Source: Hellea sp. (lineage in GTDB: Bacteria; Pseudomonadota; Alphaproteobacteria; Caulobacterales; Maricaulaceae). From it: DNA of 64,000 nt. Shown here piece by piece: positions 45,142-54,766 of the stretch; position 1 is the stretch's first letter, and each line of letters begins with the position of its first letter. The stretch is from NCBI GenBank assembly GCA_014238285.1, contig JABABK010000008.1:10829-74828 (forward strand). Direction: 5' to 3'. The position numbers and the translations under genes were made by a program. The notes under the pieces were generated by a model, which was not told where the DNA came from, did no database searches, and saw only the letters and a program-made list of their open reading frames with translations.

Positions 45142-46092
45142 ATGCGTCATTTGTTAAAAACAGTGGCTGTCTTAGGCAGTTTAAGTATAAGTTTGGGCGT
45201 AACGACCGCTCAAGCTAATGGATGTGGAATGTATCAGGGTCCGGCCTGTCAAACCGATGTCGTCGTTCATCCGGGACAAGCGCCTTATTCAGACGCGATG
45301 AATATTTATTCAAGTCAGCCTATGGGTCATCTAAAATCCGTAAACTTTCTACGCTCACCAAGTGTGAATATCATGCGGGTTCACGGCATGGGCCCAACGG
45401 CCCAGCTATCAGACGCGCCCAGCGGTTTCACCGGCGGATGCATGCCTGAGTCTACACAATATTGTCGAAGCGGCGGCATGATGCCTGCCCCTAGACCTCA
45501 AATGGCCCCAATGCCGAGACCAATGCCTATGCCTGTGATAGCACAGCCAGCACCTGCTCCGCGTATTGTCGCTATCGGCGGCGGTTACGATCCAAGCAAA
45601 TTTATTCCTCGGACTTACGGGTCTAACGAACTCACACCGGGTATCGCTCATATTCCGACATCTATTGTTGATCGGTCACACGCCAATGCCCATGCCGTCC
45701 TAAATAGTGGCATGACACAGCCGCAAGCGCTAGCTTCAGGCGGTACAGTACCACATCCGTCCATGATGGGCGGCCAGCAGGCTAGTTATCAGAGTATGAG
45801 CTATCAGGGCGGTTATCAATCCGGCAATGTCATTGGCATGCAGACCCAAACGGTTACCATGCCCCCTCAAAATGCTTATGGCGGATCTGTCAGCGGGAAT
45901 GGCGGATATTGGGAAAAAGTTTCCGGCCCGACGATGATGGGCGGCATGCAAGCTACTCAAGTTATTTGTAAACGCCAAGCGCAGGCAGTGAATGTTCAGC
46001 GTCCGGTTATCGGTGTTCCGACACCAGTTCCAACACCAATGCCAATGGGTTGTTATAACAACATGCCTGAACTGGCTGGTGGTCGTTACTAA
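45142..46092 (+). CDS. Secreted Pro/Met/Gln/Gly-rich low-complexity protein
   Basis: Start at ATG 45142 after SD GGAGAA. Signal peptide MRHLLKTVAVLGSLSISLGVTTAQA, Met/Pro tract MMPAPRPQMAPMPRPMPMPV, and C-terminal VPTPVPTPMPMGC. Confidence 0.75.
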   Translation: MRHLLKTVAVLGSLSISLGVTTAQANGCGMYQGPACQTDVVVHPGQAPYSDAMNIYSSQPMGHLKSVNFLRSPSVNIMRVHGMGPTAQLSDAPSGFTGGCMPESTQYCRSGGMMPAPRPQMAPMPRPMPMPVIAQPAPAPRIVAIGGGYDPSKFIPRTYGSNELTPGIAHIPTSIVDRSHANAHAVLNSGMTQPQALASGGTVPHPSMMGGQQASYQSMSYQGGYQSGNVIGMQTQTVTMPPQNAYGGSVSGNGGYWEKVSGPTMMGGMQATQVICKRQAQAVNVQRPVIGVPTPVPTPMPMGCYNNMPELAGGRY

Positions 46093-46108
46093 TAATAGAC
46101 ATAGAAGG

Positions 46109-46128
46109 CCCGCCTGGCGCGGGTTTTT
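46109..46128 (+). terminator. Rho-independent terminator
   Basis: CCCGC-CTGGC-GCGGG followed by TTTTT. Confidence 0.7.
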
Positions 46129-46206
46129 CTCCTTAGACGTGAATCAAGTTGAATTCATACAATAAACAACCCCAAAATGGGGGCAAATGGTGAAAAGGGC
46201 GGCAAA

Positions 46207-46752
46207 ATGAAAAAATCTCTAATTATGAAAACCGCAATCGTACTAGCAGTCAGTAGTGCTTTTGCAACAACGGCCAGCGCAAGCTGTGGAAACGGAAACC
46301 TATATTGCAGCGCTTCTTCGCAAGGCAGTAATTATGCTATGTCCTCCCAGTCGAGTTATGGTCATTCGAGCTATGGCCAATCTTCTTATATGCCGTTTAC
46401 ATCTTCGGCGCCAATGAGCGGCCCGATTTCGATTAATGGTCTTGGTGCCAACGAATTTCTTCAACCAACCTCATGCCCTGTGAATGTCAACGGGCTTGAA
46501 TCAGGCCAAACAGTTCTAGGCTGCTATAACGTTGCCAGACGAACACAGCGCATGTCATATCACTATGCCGCGCCAAGATATGTGCAGGTTGTCCACCCGA
46601 TTATATATGTCCGCTACGCGGTTCCAACACCTGTCTACACAGTGCCAATTCCAGTGCCTGTTCCTGTCTATCAACCTCGGCCTCAACCCATGCCAATGTG
46701 CGGCGTTCCAATGATGCCAAGGCCGCCAATGTACCGTGGATGTGGTTGGTAA
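46207..46752 (+). CDS. Secreted Ser-rich / Pro-Val-rich low-complexity protein, distant paralog of the 45142 gene
   Basis: Start at ATG 46207. Signal peptide MKKSLIMKTAIVLAVSSAFATTASA, SCGNGNLYC, SSY repeats, and VPIPVPVPVYQPRPQPMPMCGVPMMPRPPMYRGCGW. Confidence 0.75.
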   Translation: MKKSLIMKTAIVLAVSSAFATTASASCGNGNLYCSASSQGSNYAMSSQSSYGHSSYGQSSYMPFTSSAPMSGPISINGLGANEFLQPTSCPVNVNGLESGQTVLGCYNVARRTQRMSYHYAAPRYVQVVHPIIYVRYAVPTPVYTVPIPVPVPVYQPRPQPMPMCGVPMMPRPPMYRGCGW

Positions 46753-46781
46753 AACTAGAATTTAAACAAATAGACTTTAAA

Positions 46782-46804
46782 GTCCCTTAAGGGGCTTTTA
46801 TTTT
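46782..46804 (+). terminator. Hairpin plus T-run terminator, overlapping the pyrF 3' end
   Basis: GTCCC-TTAA-GGGGC followed by TTTTATTTT. Confidence 0.55.
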
Positions 46805-47493
46805 GCCATATCCTCTAGGATTTTTTCAGCAGACGCGCGTGGATCATTGGCCTGCGTGATCGGGCGACCGACGACGATGTGGGAAGCGCCGGCCTTTAAA
46901 GCGGCTGACGGTGTGGCGATACGTTTTTGATCGCCGCTATCATGACCCGCGAGACGAACGCCCGGCGTAACCACTAGAAAACTTTTCGGGACCATGGCGC
47001 GAATTTTATCAGCTTCAAGCGGGCTAGACACGACGCCGTCCATACCGGCTTCCATGGCTTGACGAACCCGGTGCAGAACGAGTTCTTCGGCGCTGTGGTG
47101 GTAACCAATATCAATGAGCGCCTGCTCATCCAGCGACGTCAGCACGGTAACGCCTAGAACTTTGAGACGACCCGATCGGCCTTTAACGGCGGCGCGCATA
47201 ACATCAGGGCGCGCGTGGACTGTCAGAAGATCAGCGCCAATAGCTGAAATTGATCGCGTGGCTTTTTCGACCGTCGCGTCAATATCGTGAAGTTTGAAAT
47301 CCAGAAAAACATTTTTACCTTGCGCTGCGAGTTCTTTGCCAAATTCTGAGCCGCCTAGCGGTAAGAGCTGAAGACCGATTTTATACGAGACGACGCTGTC
47401 GCCAAGGCGCGCAACCATGGCTCTCGCGTCTTCTATACTGGGAAGGTCCAAAGCTACATATAAACGTGGATCAGATATTTGAGAATTTAGCAT
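46798..47493 (-). CDS. pyrF: Orotidine-5'-phosphate decarboxylase
   Basis: LDLPS, FLDFKLHDI and VVGRPI motifs in 231 aa. Confidence 0.95.
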   Translation of the reverse strand: MLNSQISDPRLYVALDLPSIEDARAMVARLGDSVVSYKIGLQLLPLGGSEFGKELAAQGKNVFLDFKLHDIDATVEKATRSISAIGADLLTVHARPDVMRAAVKGRSGRLKVLGVTVLTSLDEQALIDIGYHHSAEELVLHRVRQAMEAGMDGVVSSPLEADKIRAMVPKSFLVVTPGVRLAGHDSGDQKRIATPSAALKAGASHIVVGRPITQANDPRASAEKILEDMAK

Positions 47494-47494
47494 A

Positions 47495-48295
47495 TCATCC
47501 CTTTCGAATTTTCTCTGAGTTTTTCGCCATCAAGCTCATAGCCATACGTTCTGGCAAGAGCCGCGCCAAAACCGCAATAGACTTATTCACCCGTCCAGGA
47601 ATGAAGACGGCGCGGTTCATCTCGCAAGCTTCAACGCCCTGCTGCGCGCATTCATCGGCCTCCATCCAAAGGAAGTCGGGGGTTTGGGAGACGCTGGACC
47701 TTGTACCGTTGACGTCATGAAATTCGCTATAGGTAAAGCCCGGACACAAGGCGGATACGTGCACGCCGTAAGGGTCTAGTTCAAGATTGAGGCTTTGGGA
47801 AAACTTGATCAGGAAGCTTTTGACGGCGCCGTATAAAGTATGACCACGCGATCCCGGAATATGTCCGGCTAGCGAGGCCACATTAATGATCCGGCCAAAG
47901 CCTTGTTCCTTCATTTGGCCTGAGACCGCGTGGGCGAGCTCACAGGGGACGCTGAGCATGAGCTGAATAAATTTGGCATGATCTTCCCAAGAACTATCAA
48001 GGTAACTACCTGGGTGGCCATAGCCTGCATTATTGACGAGGCCGTCAATGCGAATTTTCTTTTTCTTTATCCGCGACATCAAATCATCGACTGCGCCCGG
48101 TTCAAACAAATCAAGCGGAAAGATATGGGACGTAATGCCGAAATCTTTTTTAAGCTCCTGAGCCAGCTCAATCATCGGCTCTTCGCGTCTTGCTGTCATG
48201 GCAATATCCCAGCCGCGCGCGGCGTATTCACGGGCAAGCGCCGCGCCAATACCTGCAGAGGCACCGGTAACAAGACAAGTTCTTCGATTAGACAT
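47495..48295 (-). CDS. Short-chain dehydrogenase/reductase (SDR) family oxidoreductase
   Basis: TGASAGIG cofactor motif and catalytic YGAVK. The start is set at MSNRRTCLVTG (SD AAGGG) rather than 48346. Confidence 0.85.
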   Translation of the reverse strand: MSNRRTCLVTGASAGIGAALAREYAARGWDIAMTARREEPMIELAQELKKDFGITSHIFPLDLFEPGAVDDLMSRIKKKKIRIDGLVNNAGYGHPGSYLDSSWEDHAKFIQLMLSVPCELAHAVSGQMKEQGFGRIINVASLAGHIPGSRGHTLYGAVKSFLIKFSQSLNLELDPYGVHVSALCPGFTYSEFHDVNGTRSSVSQTPDFLWMEADECAQQGVEACEMNRAVFIPGRVNKSIAVLARLLPERMAMSLMAKNSEKIRKG

Positions 48296-48354
48296 AGATT
48301 CGTACCCTTTTGAAGGCCCGCCATAACGCACCTTGAAACACAACACAATAAATC

Positions 48355-49185
48355 ATGGCGCGGAGCCACTTAATCGCCTATCGAAACTATATGCCAGTGA
48401 TGGAAACCATAGAATTATGGCTGCGCGGGGGGCTGTTTTTATCCCTATTGCTACTGCTTTTACTCGCCGAAAGCCTTTGGCCAAGGCGTGGCCGAGAGCA
48501 AAAGCGCCTGACCCGATGGCGAACAAACTTTGGGATTTCTATTCTCAACACCATAGCCATCAAGCTCATGGGACCCATCACAGCGATTGCCTGCGCCGTT
48601 TATGCCTCAAGTCAACAATGGGGACTACTTAATCAATTCGGCCTCCCCTATTGGGCGGATTTTATTTTGGCTGTTTTGATTTTAGATCTGATGATTTACG
48701 CGCAACATGTGGCCACTCACAAAATCCCCATCCTTTGGAAACTTCATAAAGTCCACCATGCAGATCGAGATTTTGACACCAGTACCGCGCTTAGGTTTCA
48801 TACCATCGAAATCGTCTTATCAATGCTGTATAAATGCGCCCTAGTTTTCTTGATCGGACCTGCTGCGTTTGCGGTTCTAATTTTTGAAGTCCTGCTCAAT
48901 AGCAGCGCCATGTTTAACCATGCTAACCTGCGACTACCGCAATGGTTCGACCGAATTTTACGGATTATCGTCGTGACGCCGGATATGCACCGGGTGCATC
49001 ATTCCGTTCATGCCGATGAGACAAATAGCAATTACGGCTTCTTCCTGCCATGGTGGGATTGGGTATTTAAAACTTACACGCAGCAACCCAAAGACGGACA
49101 TGCGGACATGACGATTGGCCTGCCCCAATATCAAACCGAACAGCCCGCCAAATTTCTTTGGACGTTAAAACTACCATTTCAGTGA
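48355..49185 (+). CDS. Fatty acid hydroxylase / sterol desaturase superfamily membrane protein
   Basis: Histidine boxes HVATHK, HKVHHAD and HRVHHS, with four hydrophobic spans. Confidence 0.85.
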   Translation: MARSHLIAYRNYMPVMETIELWLRGGLFLSLLLLLLLAESLWPRRGREQKRLTRWRTNFGISILNTIAIKLMGPITAIACAVYASSQQWGLLNQFGLPYWADFILAVLILDLMIYAQHVATHKIPILWKLHKVHHADRDFDTSTALRFHTIEIVLSMLYKCALVFLIGPAAFAVLIFEVLLNSSAMFNHANLRLPQWFDRILRIIVVTPDMHRVHHSVHADETNSNYGFFLPWWDWVFKTYTQQPKDGHADMTIGLPQYQTEQPAKFLWTLKLPFQ

Positions 49186-49223
49186 GTTAAACCCTATATA
49201 GATGTTAAATAGAGGGAGCGCTT

Positions 49224-49769
49224 GTGGTTATATTAGTAATTATCATCTTAGTTTTGGCCGGATTTATCATCTGGATTTACAACCGTTTGGTCGCCGCGCG
49301 GCAGCTTGTGGAAAATGGTTGGTCCGACATAGACGTACAGCTTAAACGCCGAAGCGACCTCATCCCGCGCATTGTTGATACTGTCAAAGGCTTTGCCAAA
49401 CATGAGCGCGGCCTGTTCACAGAGCTTACCGAAAAACGAAACCAAGCCATGAACGCCGATGTGCTGTCAGATCGCGCCGCAGCCGAAAACGCCATCAAAG
49501 CCCCTCTCTCTCGCCTTATGGCGGTCGCGGAAGATTATCCGGACCTGCGCTCCAATGAGAACTTTCTCGATTTACAGAACGAGCTATCCGACACGGAAAA
49601 CAAAATCGAATATGCGCGCAGGTTTTATAATGGCGCGGTTCGCCAAATGAATACTCTGGTTCAGAGTTTTCCGGTGAATATTCTGGCCGGCACATTTGGT
49701 TTTGGGTCCCAAGAATATTTCGAAATGGACGAGACGGCCAGCATACCCGACACGGATTTTGGACCGTAA
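49224..49769 (+). CDS. lemA: LemA family protein
   Basis: N-terminal TM then YNRLVAARQLVENGWSDIDVQLKRRSDLIPRIV, typical of LemA. The start codon is GTG. Confidence 0.9.
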   Translation: MVILVIIILVLAGFIIWIYNRLVAARQLVENGWSDIDVQLKRRSDLIPRIVDTVKGFAKHERGLFTELTEKRNQAMNADVLSDRAAAENAIKAPLSRLMAVAEDYPDLRSNENFLDLQNELSDTENKIEYARRFYNGAVRQMNTLVQSFPVNILAGTFGFGSQEYFEMDETASIPDTDFGP

Positions 49770-49770
49770 G

Positions 49771-51495
49771 ATGACGAAACTCATTCGTATTGTCTTCATC
49801 GCATTTTTCGTTTTTGCCTATGGTCTAAGCGCCTCAGCCGAAGAACGCATTCAGTCCTTCTTATCCAAAGTCGACGTGCAAATCGACGGCGACTACATTG
49901 TCACCGAAGCCATAACCGTCAACGCCGAAGGCCAGCAGATTCGCCGCGGTATTTTCAGAGATTTGCCGAGATACCAAAATCGCAATGGCGACATAATTCC
50001 CGTTCGCTATGACATTTTATCGGTGACACGTAACGGCGAAAAAGAACCTTACGCCATTGAAAAAGATGGCAATGCTTACCGCGTGCGTATCGGTGATGCA
50101 GACGAGTACCTGGCCCATAAAGATCACACTTACCGGATCAAGTTCGAGATCAAAGATGAAATTCGGCGCGACACCAACTTTGATGAAGTCTATTGGAATG
50201 TCACCGGCAATTATTGGCGCTTTCCTATCGACCATGCCGCGATTGAAGTTCATATGCCAGAGGGCGTAAAGCTGACATCCCAGGATGTTTTTACCGGACA
50301 TCACCGCGATAAAAAGAAAGACGCCATTTTCACTCAATCCGGCAATATCTATACGTTTAAATCCAGCAAACCATTTGCCTCCGGCGAGGGGATGACGATC
50401 TCCCTGCAATATGCCAAGGGCATTATCCTGCCAGAGCAAGCATCTACGCGGCGCTATATCTGGTGGCTGCGAAACGGCGCTTTGATTTTAATGTCATTAT
50501 CACTGCTCGGGATTGTCGGTTATTATTATCGCAGCTGGAACAAATATGGGCGTGACCCCGCCAAAGACCCGATCTTCGCCCGTTATGAACCCCCGCAAGA
50601 TTATTCAGCGGCAGCGGCAAGCTATATTTATTACCGCAGTATAAAAGGTCAGAAAGCCTTGGTCGGGACACTCTTGAGCCTTGCCAACAAAAAGCACATA
50701 TCGATTAAATCTGACAAACGCGAAACGGTCTTAACCCGGCTTGGCCACAACAGCCTTGAACAAAACAAGCCCCTTGATCCGGAAGAAGATTACTTACTGA
50801 AAAAACTGTTTCCCAAAAACAGAAAGTCTCCGATTACCTTAAATAAGCGGCCTAATTCCAGCTTCCATGTCAAGAACCAGGCGTTTAAGAGCAAATTGCG
50901 GGACGATTTTGGCTCGGCCTATTACCGGGTTAATTTTGGCTATATCTTGATGGGTATCCTGCTATCCATCGCGGCTATTGTTGTGACCATTTCGCAAATT
51001 TCAAAGATTTCCAATGCGACGCTGTGGCCGCTCATCATTGGGCTTGTCATTCTCAATATTGTCTTTTTAATTTTAATGCCTGCGCCAACAAAAAAGGGTC
51101 AAAAAATCAGAGCCGAAATTGAGGGCTTTCGCCTGTTTATGAAAACAGCCGTAAAACAAAAACTCGACGCCGTAGAAATTGGTAGTGAAGCCCCGCCCCC
51201 CATGAGCGTCAAACGCTATGAAACACTCCTGCCCTACGCCATCGCCCTTGGCGTTGAAGAGCCTTGGAGTGAGTATTTTGAAAAAGTCATGCCCGCGGAA
51301 GCCAAAGAGTACCAACCCCATTGGGGAGGCTCTTCGCGCGATATAGGCATTAGCCGCATGACGGATAATATGGTCTCTAATATTAGCTCCGGCGTCAGCC
51401 GCGCAGCCCCGCAAAGCTCTGGCTCATCCAGCAGCGGCGGAGGCGGAGGGTTCTCCGGCGGCGGAGGCGGAGGCGGAGGCGGCGGGGGCTGGTGA
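49771..51495 (+). CDS. DUF2207 family membrane protein with a poly-Gly C-terminal tail
   Basis: Start at ATG 49771, 1 nt after the lemA stop. Signal peptide MTKLIRIVFIAFFVFAYGLSASA, an extracytoplasmic beta domain, TM helices, and the tail SSGGGGGFSGGGGGGGGGGGW. Confidence 0.85.
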   Translation: MTKLIRIVFIAFFVFAYGLSASAEERIQSFLSKVDVQIDGDYIVTEAITVNAEGQQIRRGIFRDLPRYQNRNGDIIPVRYDILSVTRNGEKEPYAIEKDGNAYRVRIGDADEYLAHKDHTYRIKFEIKDEIRRDTNFDEVYWNVTGNYWRFPIDHAAIEVHMPEGVKLTSQDVFTGHHRDKKKDAIFTQSGNIYTFKSSKPFASGEGMTISLQYAKGIILPEQASTRRYIWWLRNGALILMSLSLLGIVGYYYRSWNKYGRDPAKDPIFARYEPPQDYSAAAASYIYYRSIKGQKALVGTLLSLANKKHISIKSDKRETVLTRLGHNSLEQNKPLDPEEDYLLKKLFPKNRKSPITLNKRPNSSFHVKNQAFKSKLRDDFGSAYYRVNFGYILMGILLSIAAIVVTISQISKISNATLWPLIIGLVILNIVFLILMPAPTKKGQKIRAEIEGFRLFMKTAVKQKLDAVEIGSEAPPPMSVKRYETLLPYAIALGVEEPWSEYFEKVMPAEAKEYQPHWGGSSRDIGISRMTDNMVSNISSGVSRAAPQSSGSSSSGGGGGFSGGGGGGGGGGGW

Positions 51496-51510
51496 TGAAG
51501 GATAGCCGAA

Positions 51511-51945
51511 ATGCTTAATCATCTGGCCATTTTTAAAACCTTGCACCCGCTGGTCGGAAGCTGGAACGGTATCAATGAAGACGGTCACCCTGCCTACATC
51601 ACTTACTCCATGACGGCCAATGATACGGCACTGGTTGAAGACTGGACATTTCATAACGGCATGAATGCGCTGACCATTTATCATATGGACGCGCAGACTT
51701 TGATGGCCATGCATTATTGCCCCATAGGCAACCAACCTCGCCTTGATTTAAAGAGACAACGTGGAGATGGAACATTGGAATTTGAATGCACATCAGCGAC
51801 CCACCTAAAAAGCTTCAAAGACCCCCACGAACATGCTTTTGATATAAAAATCAATCAGGACGGCACGCTTTACCGAAACGAGGCCTATGTCGAAGATAGC
51901 GGCGCCCTTGAAAGTAATGGCATTTTATTTCGTAGAATTTCGTAA
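51511..51945 (+). CDS. Hypothetical protein (144 aa), possibly with a small beta-barrel fold
   Basis: Intact ORF starting 15 nt after the DUF2207 gene, beginning ...LVGSWNG.... I cannot assign a family with confidence. Confidence 0.5.
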   Translation: MLNHLAIFKTLHPLVGSWNGINEDGHPAYITYSMTANDTALVEDWTFHNGMNALTIYHMDAQTLMAMHYCPIGNQPRLDLKRQRGDGTLEFECTSATHLKSFKDPHEHAFDIKINQDGTLYRNEAYVEDSGALESNGILFRRIS

Positions 51946-52010
51946 ATATTCAGACGCGGAAAATCTCACCGCATTCCCAATGAGTTTCGGCGAGTGTTAT
52001 TTTTCTTTGC

Positions 52011-53024
52011 TTAATTTCGCGCGCTCGCCATTTTGTGTCGAACTTCCATTGTCAATTCTACAGACCGTAGCCGGGCAGCATGGTCATAGAAATTTTTGGC
52101 AATGATAATTTCATCTGGCTTTACACGGTCAATAAAGAGCGAAAGTCTTTCAGCGACTTTGTCTACTGTGCCTACTGCGCTGACTTGCAACATTGTTTCC
52201 ACATGATCAGCGATTTGCGGCGGCACTTCATAATCTTTAACCGGGCGGCGACTTAGGCCGCGGTTATTTGTGACAATGCCGACAAAGGCCTGAACCAGCG
52301 TTGAGAAATGATACTCGGCTTCTTCATCTGTGTCTGCTGCAAACACGTTACAAGCCATCATGAAATAGGGCTTATCGTGATGCCGTGAGGGCTTGAAATC
52401 GCGGCGATAAATCTCGGCGGCTTGCAATAGATCACCCGGCGCGAAATGGGACGCAAATGCATAAGGCAGGCCTAATTTAGCTGCGAGCTGAGCGCCAAAC
52501 AAACTTGAGCCCAATATCCAAACAGGAACCTCCGTACCCTCGCCTGGAATAGCTCGCACGCCGCTGAAGGCGCTGTCTTCTGGTTTTGATAAATAATGAA
52601 TGAGCTCCTCGACATCCGCCGGAAAGCGGTTACCAGCGCGCTCATAGTCTTTACGCATCGCCCGGATCACCCCCCTATCTCCGCCTGGCGCGCGGCCTAG
52701 TCCAAGATCGATACGCCCCGGATGTAACGTTGCCAAAGTTCCGAACTGTTCAGCGATTAAAAGAGGCGCATGATTGGGCAGCATAACGCCGCCCGCGCCA
52801 AGCCGTATGGTTTTTGTATGGGCGGCAATATGAGCGATCAAGACTGATGTGGCCGAGCTGTCAACACTTTGTATATTATGGTGCTCAGCATACCAGACTC
52901 GGTGATATCCTAAAGCTTCGGCCTTTTGCGCGAGTTCGACACTATTTGAAAAACTCTTGGCGGCATCCCCGCCCTCGACAACTTGAGCTAAATCAAGAAT
53001 GGAAAACGGAATAGATGTAGGCAC
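52011..53024 (-). CDS. Luciferase-like (LLM class) flavin-dependent oxidoreductase, YhbW-type
   Basis: FSILDLAQV...ALGYHRVWYAEHHN N-terminal signature in 337 aa. Confidence 0.85.
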   Translation of the reverse strand: MPTSIPFSILDLAQVVEGGDAAKSFSNSVELAQKAEALGYHRVWYAEHHNIQSVDSSATSVLIAHIAAHTKTIRLGAGGVMLPNHAPLLIAEQFGTLATLHPGRIDLGLGRAPGGDRGVIRAMRKDYERAGNRFPADVEELIHYLSKPEDSAFSGVRAIPGEGTEVPVWILGSSLFGAQLAAKLGLPYAFASHFAPGDLLQAAEIYRRDFKPSRHHDKPYFMMACNVFAADTDEEAEYHFSTLVQAFVGIVTNNRGLSRRPVKDYEVPPQIADHVETMLQVSAVGTVDKVAERLSLFIDRVKPDEIIIAKNFYDHAARLRSVELTMEVRHKMASARN

Positions 53025-54668
53025 CTATTTTAAATTCCGAATTTCGCGCTGAGGTAATGGCATCGTAATACCGTGTTTCTTAAGCGTACGCCAAACCACA
53101 TAGTTCAGGTCCGATGTAAATTTGTTTTCCCCGTCATCGATACCAGAAACCCAAAACTCGATGGCGAATTTAATAGCATATTCGCCAAATTCTCTAAGCT
53201 CCAAATCTGGTTCCTCTGGTTCCATCAGAACTTTTGGATTGGCGCAGATCGCCGGAATTAGAATCTCTTCGAGCTTATCAATATCCGTATCATAGCTCAC
53301 TCCAAAATAAACCTCATAGCGTTGACGCGGGTCTTTGTGGGTCCAGTTTTCATAAGTATTATCCGTAAAGGTCGTATTTGGAACCATGATGTCTTTACCA
53401 TCCGTGGTCTCAACAATCGTCGAACGCATATTGATCGCCTCCACATATCCTTCCTGGCCATCCGGCAGGACTATGAAGTCGCCCTTACGCACGGAACGAT
53501 CAAACAGAATAATCAAACCGGAGACAAAATTGGCCGCGATAGGCTGCAAGCCTAGGCCAATACCCAAACCAATTGCGCTCATGATCATAACTAGGCCAGA
53601 GAGCGGAATGCCCGCAAAGCTCATCACCAGAACAACAATGATCACAAACAGGATCATCTGGAAGAGTTTAGCGACGACCTCTTTGGTCGAAACATCAAGA
53701 CCTTCTTGAGAGCGAATAGCGTCTTGGCCTTTACTATTGGATAAATTGCCAAGCCAGAAGAACAACCCGCCAAATATAGCAAGGCGAACTAACGTCATCG
53801 CCGTGATAGGCGTCTCGCCCATAGGCACTAATGTTGTGCCTTCCAGCAGACCTATGAAGTCATCAAAATATCCAAACACGCCCAAAAGCGCGAGCGGGAT
53901 CATGGTGTAAGTCGCAAGCTTACGGAACAAGTCATTTGAGACAAATTCTTTGATCGCCTTATAAAGCAGGAAGACAACCGCAATACCTTGGCACAGCTTG
54001 ACCAGCCAATCTTCACCAAAACTTGGAACCGCCTTCAAAATTATAGCCGAGAGCGCGAGCAGCGCAACCAACATGACTGCGCGTAGGAAGTTTCGAGAAC
54101 GATAAACATAATCACGAACGATTTTTAACTTGGCATCTTCGGCCGGAGGGTCACGAAAGAAAAACAGGCGTTTTTGAAGCTGTTTGGCCAAAATGGGCGA
54201 GAAAAAGAACGCGAATAAAACCGCGCCGATTTGCGCCAGAAAACTAGGACTTTTCAACCAACCGATTACCTTATTGAGTATTGCCGTACCCTTTGCTTTG
54301 AGCGCATCAGGACTCAACGCACCTTTTGGCGCTTCAACGTCATCAGAATTACTCGGTGCAGCGACGTCTGCATCTCTTTGTTGTTTGAGAACAGCCTCTA
54401 TAACGGCCCGCTCAGCTTCTTCCCGTGCTTTCAAAGCGTCTTGAAGCTCAGGATCCAGCAAATCAACCGCTGACACATCCAAGCCTTCTCTTATAAGTGG
54501 ATCATTTAAGGCATTATCAACAGCCGGTTCAGTCGCCTCCACGGGTTCACCCGCCTGAACTTCATCTGGAGTTGCCTCCGCGACCTGCGCGAGAGCATTT
54601 TGTGCAAAAAGCACATAAACACAGCAGATAAGCCCTATTAAAAGGGTCCGTAATAGGGCTTTGGGCAT
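53025..54668 (-). CDS. Large mechanosensitive channel, MscS family
   Basis: Signal peptide, periplasmic acidic region, multiple TM helices, and the MscS core GLGLQPIAANFVSGLIILFDRSVRKGDFIVL. 547 aa. Confidence 0.85.
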   Translation of the reverse strand: MPKALLRTLLIGLICCVYVLFAQNALAQVAEATPDEVQAGEPVEATEPAVDNALNDPLIREGLDVSAVDLLDPELQDALKAREEAERAVIEAVLKQQRDADVAAPSNSDDVEAPKGALSPDALKAKGTAILNKVIGWLKSPSFLAQIGAVLFAFFFSPILAKQLQKRLFFFRDPPAEDAKLKIVRDYVYRSRNFLRAVMLVALLALSAIILKAVPSFGEDWLVKLCQGIAVVFLLYKAIKEFVSNDLFRKLATYTMIPLALLGVFGYFDDFIGLLEGTTLVPMGETPITAMTLVRLAIFGGLFFWLGNLSNSKGQDAIRSQEGLDVSTKEVVAKLFQMILFVIIVVLVMSFAGIPLSGLVMIMSAIGLGIGLGLQPIAANFVSGLIILFDRSVRKGDFIVLPDGQEGYVEAINMRSTIVETTDGKDIMVPNTTFTDNTYENWTHKDPRQRYEVYFGVSYDTDIDKLEEILIPAICANPKVLMEPEEPDLELREFGEYAIKFAIEFWVSGIDDGENKFTSDLNYVVWRTLKKHGITMPLPQREIRNLK

Positions 54669-54766
54669 GTTTCTCTCTTACTTTTTGCGTTTGCTATAAA
54701 TTCAGCACTATCATTTGTAAATGACTTTGGAGTATAGAGCCCGCCTATCTGGCTTGGGAGACTGAC

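Noticed and set aside
49696-49770. N-terminal 25-codon extension of the DUF2207 ORF overlapping the lemA 3' end
   Set aside because: ATG 49771 gives a canonical signal peptide and sits 1 nt after the lemA stop. The extension would bury the signal peptide.
51965-52008. Possible terminator hairpin (CTCACCG...CGGCGAG plus T-run) after the 144-aa gene
   Set aside because: The stem has a mismatch and a 16-nt loop, and the T-run overlaps the convergent LLM gene end. It is too weak to annotate as a feature.
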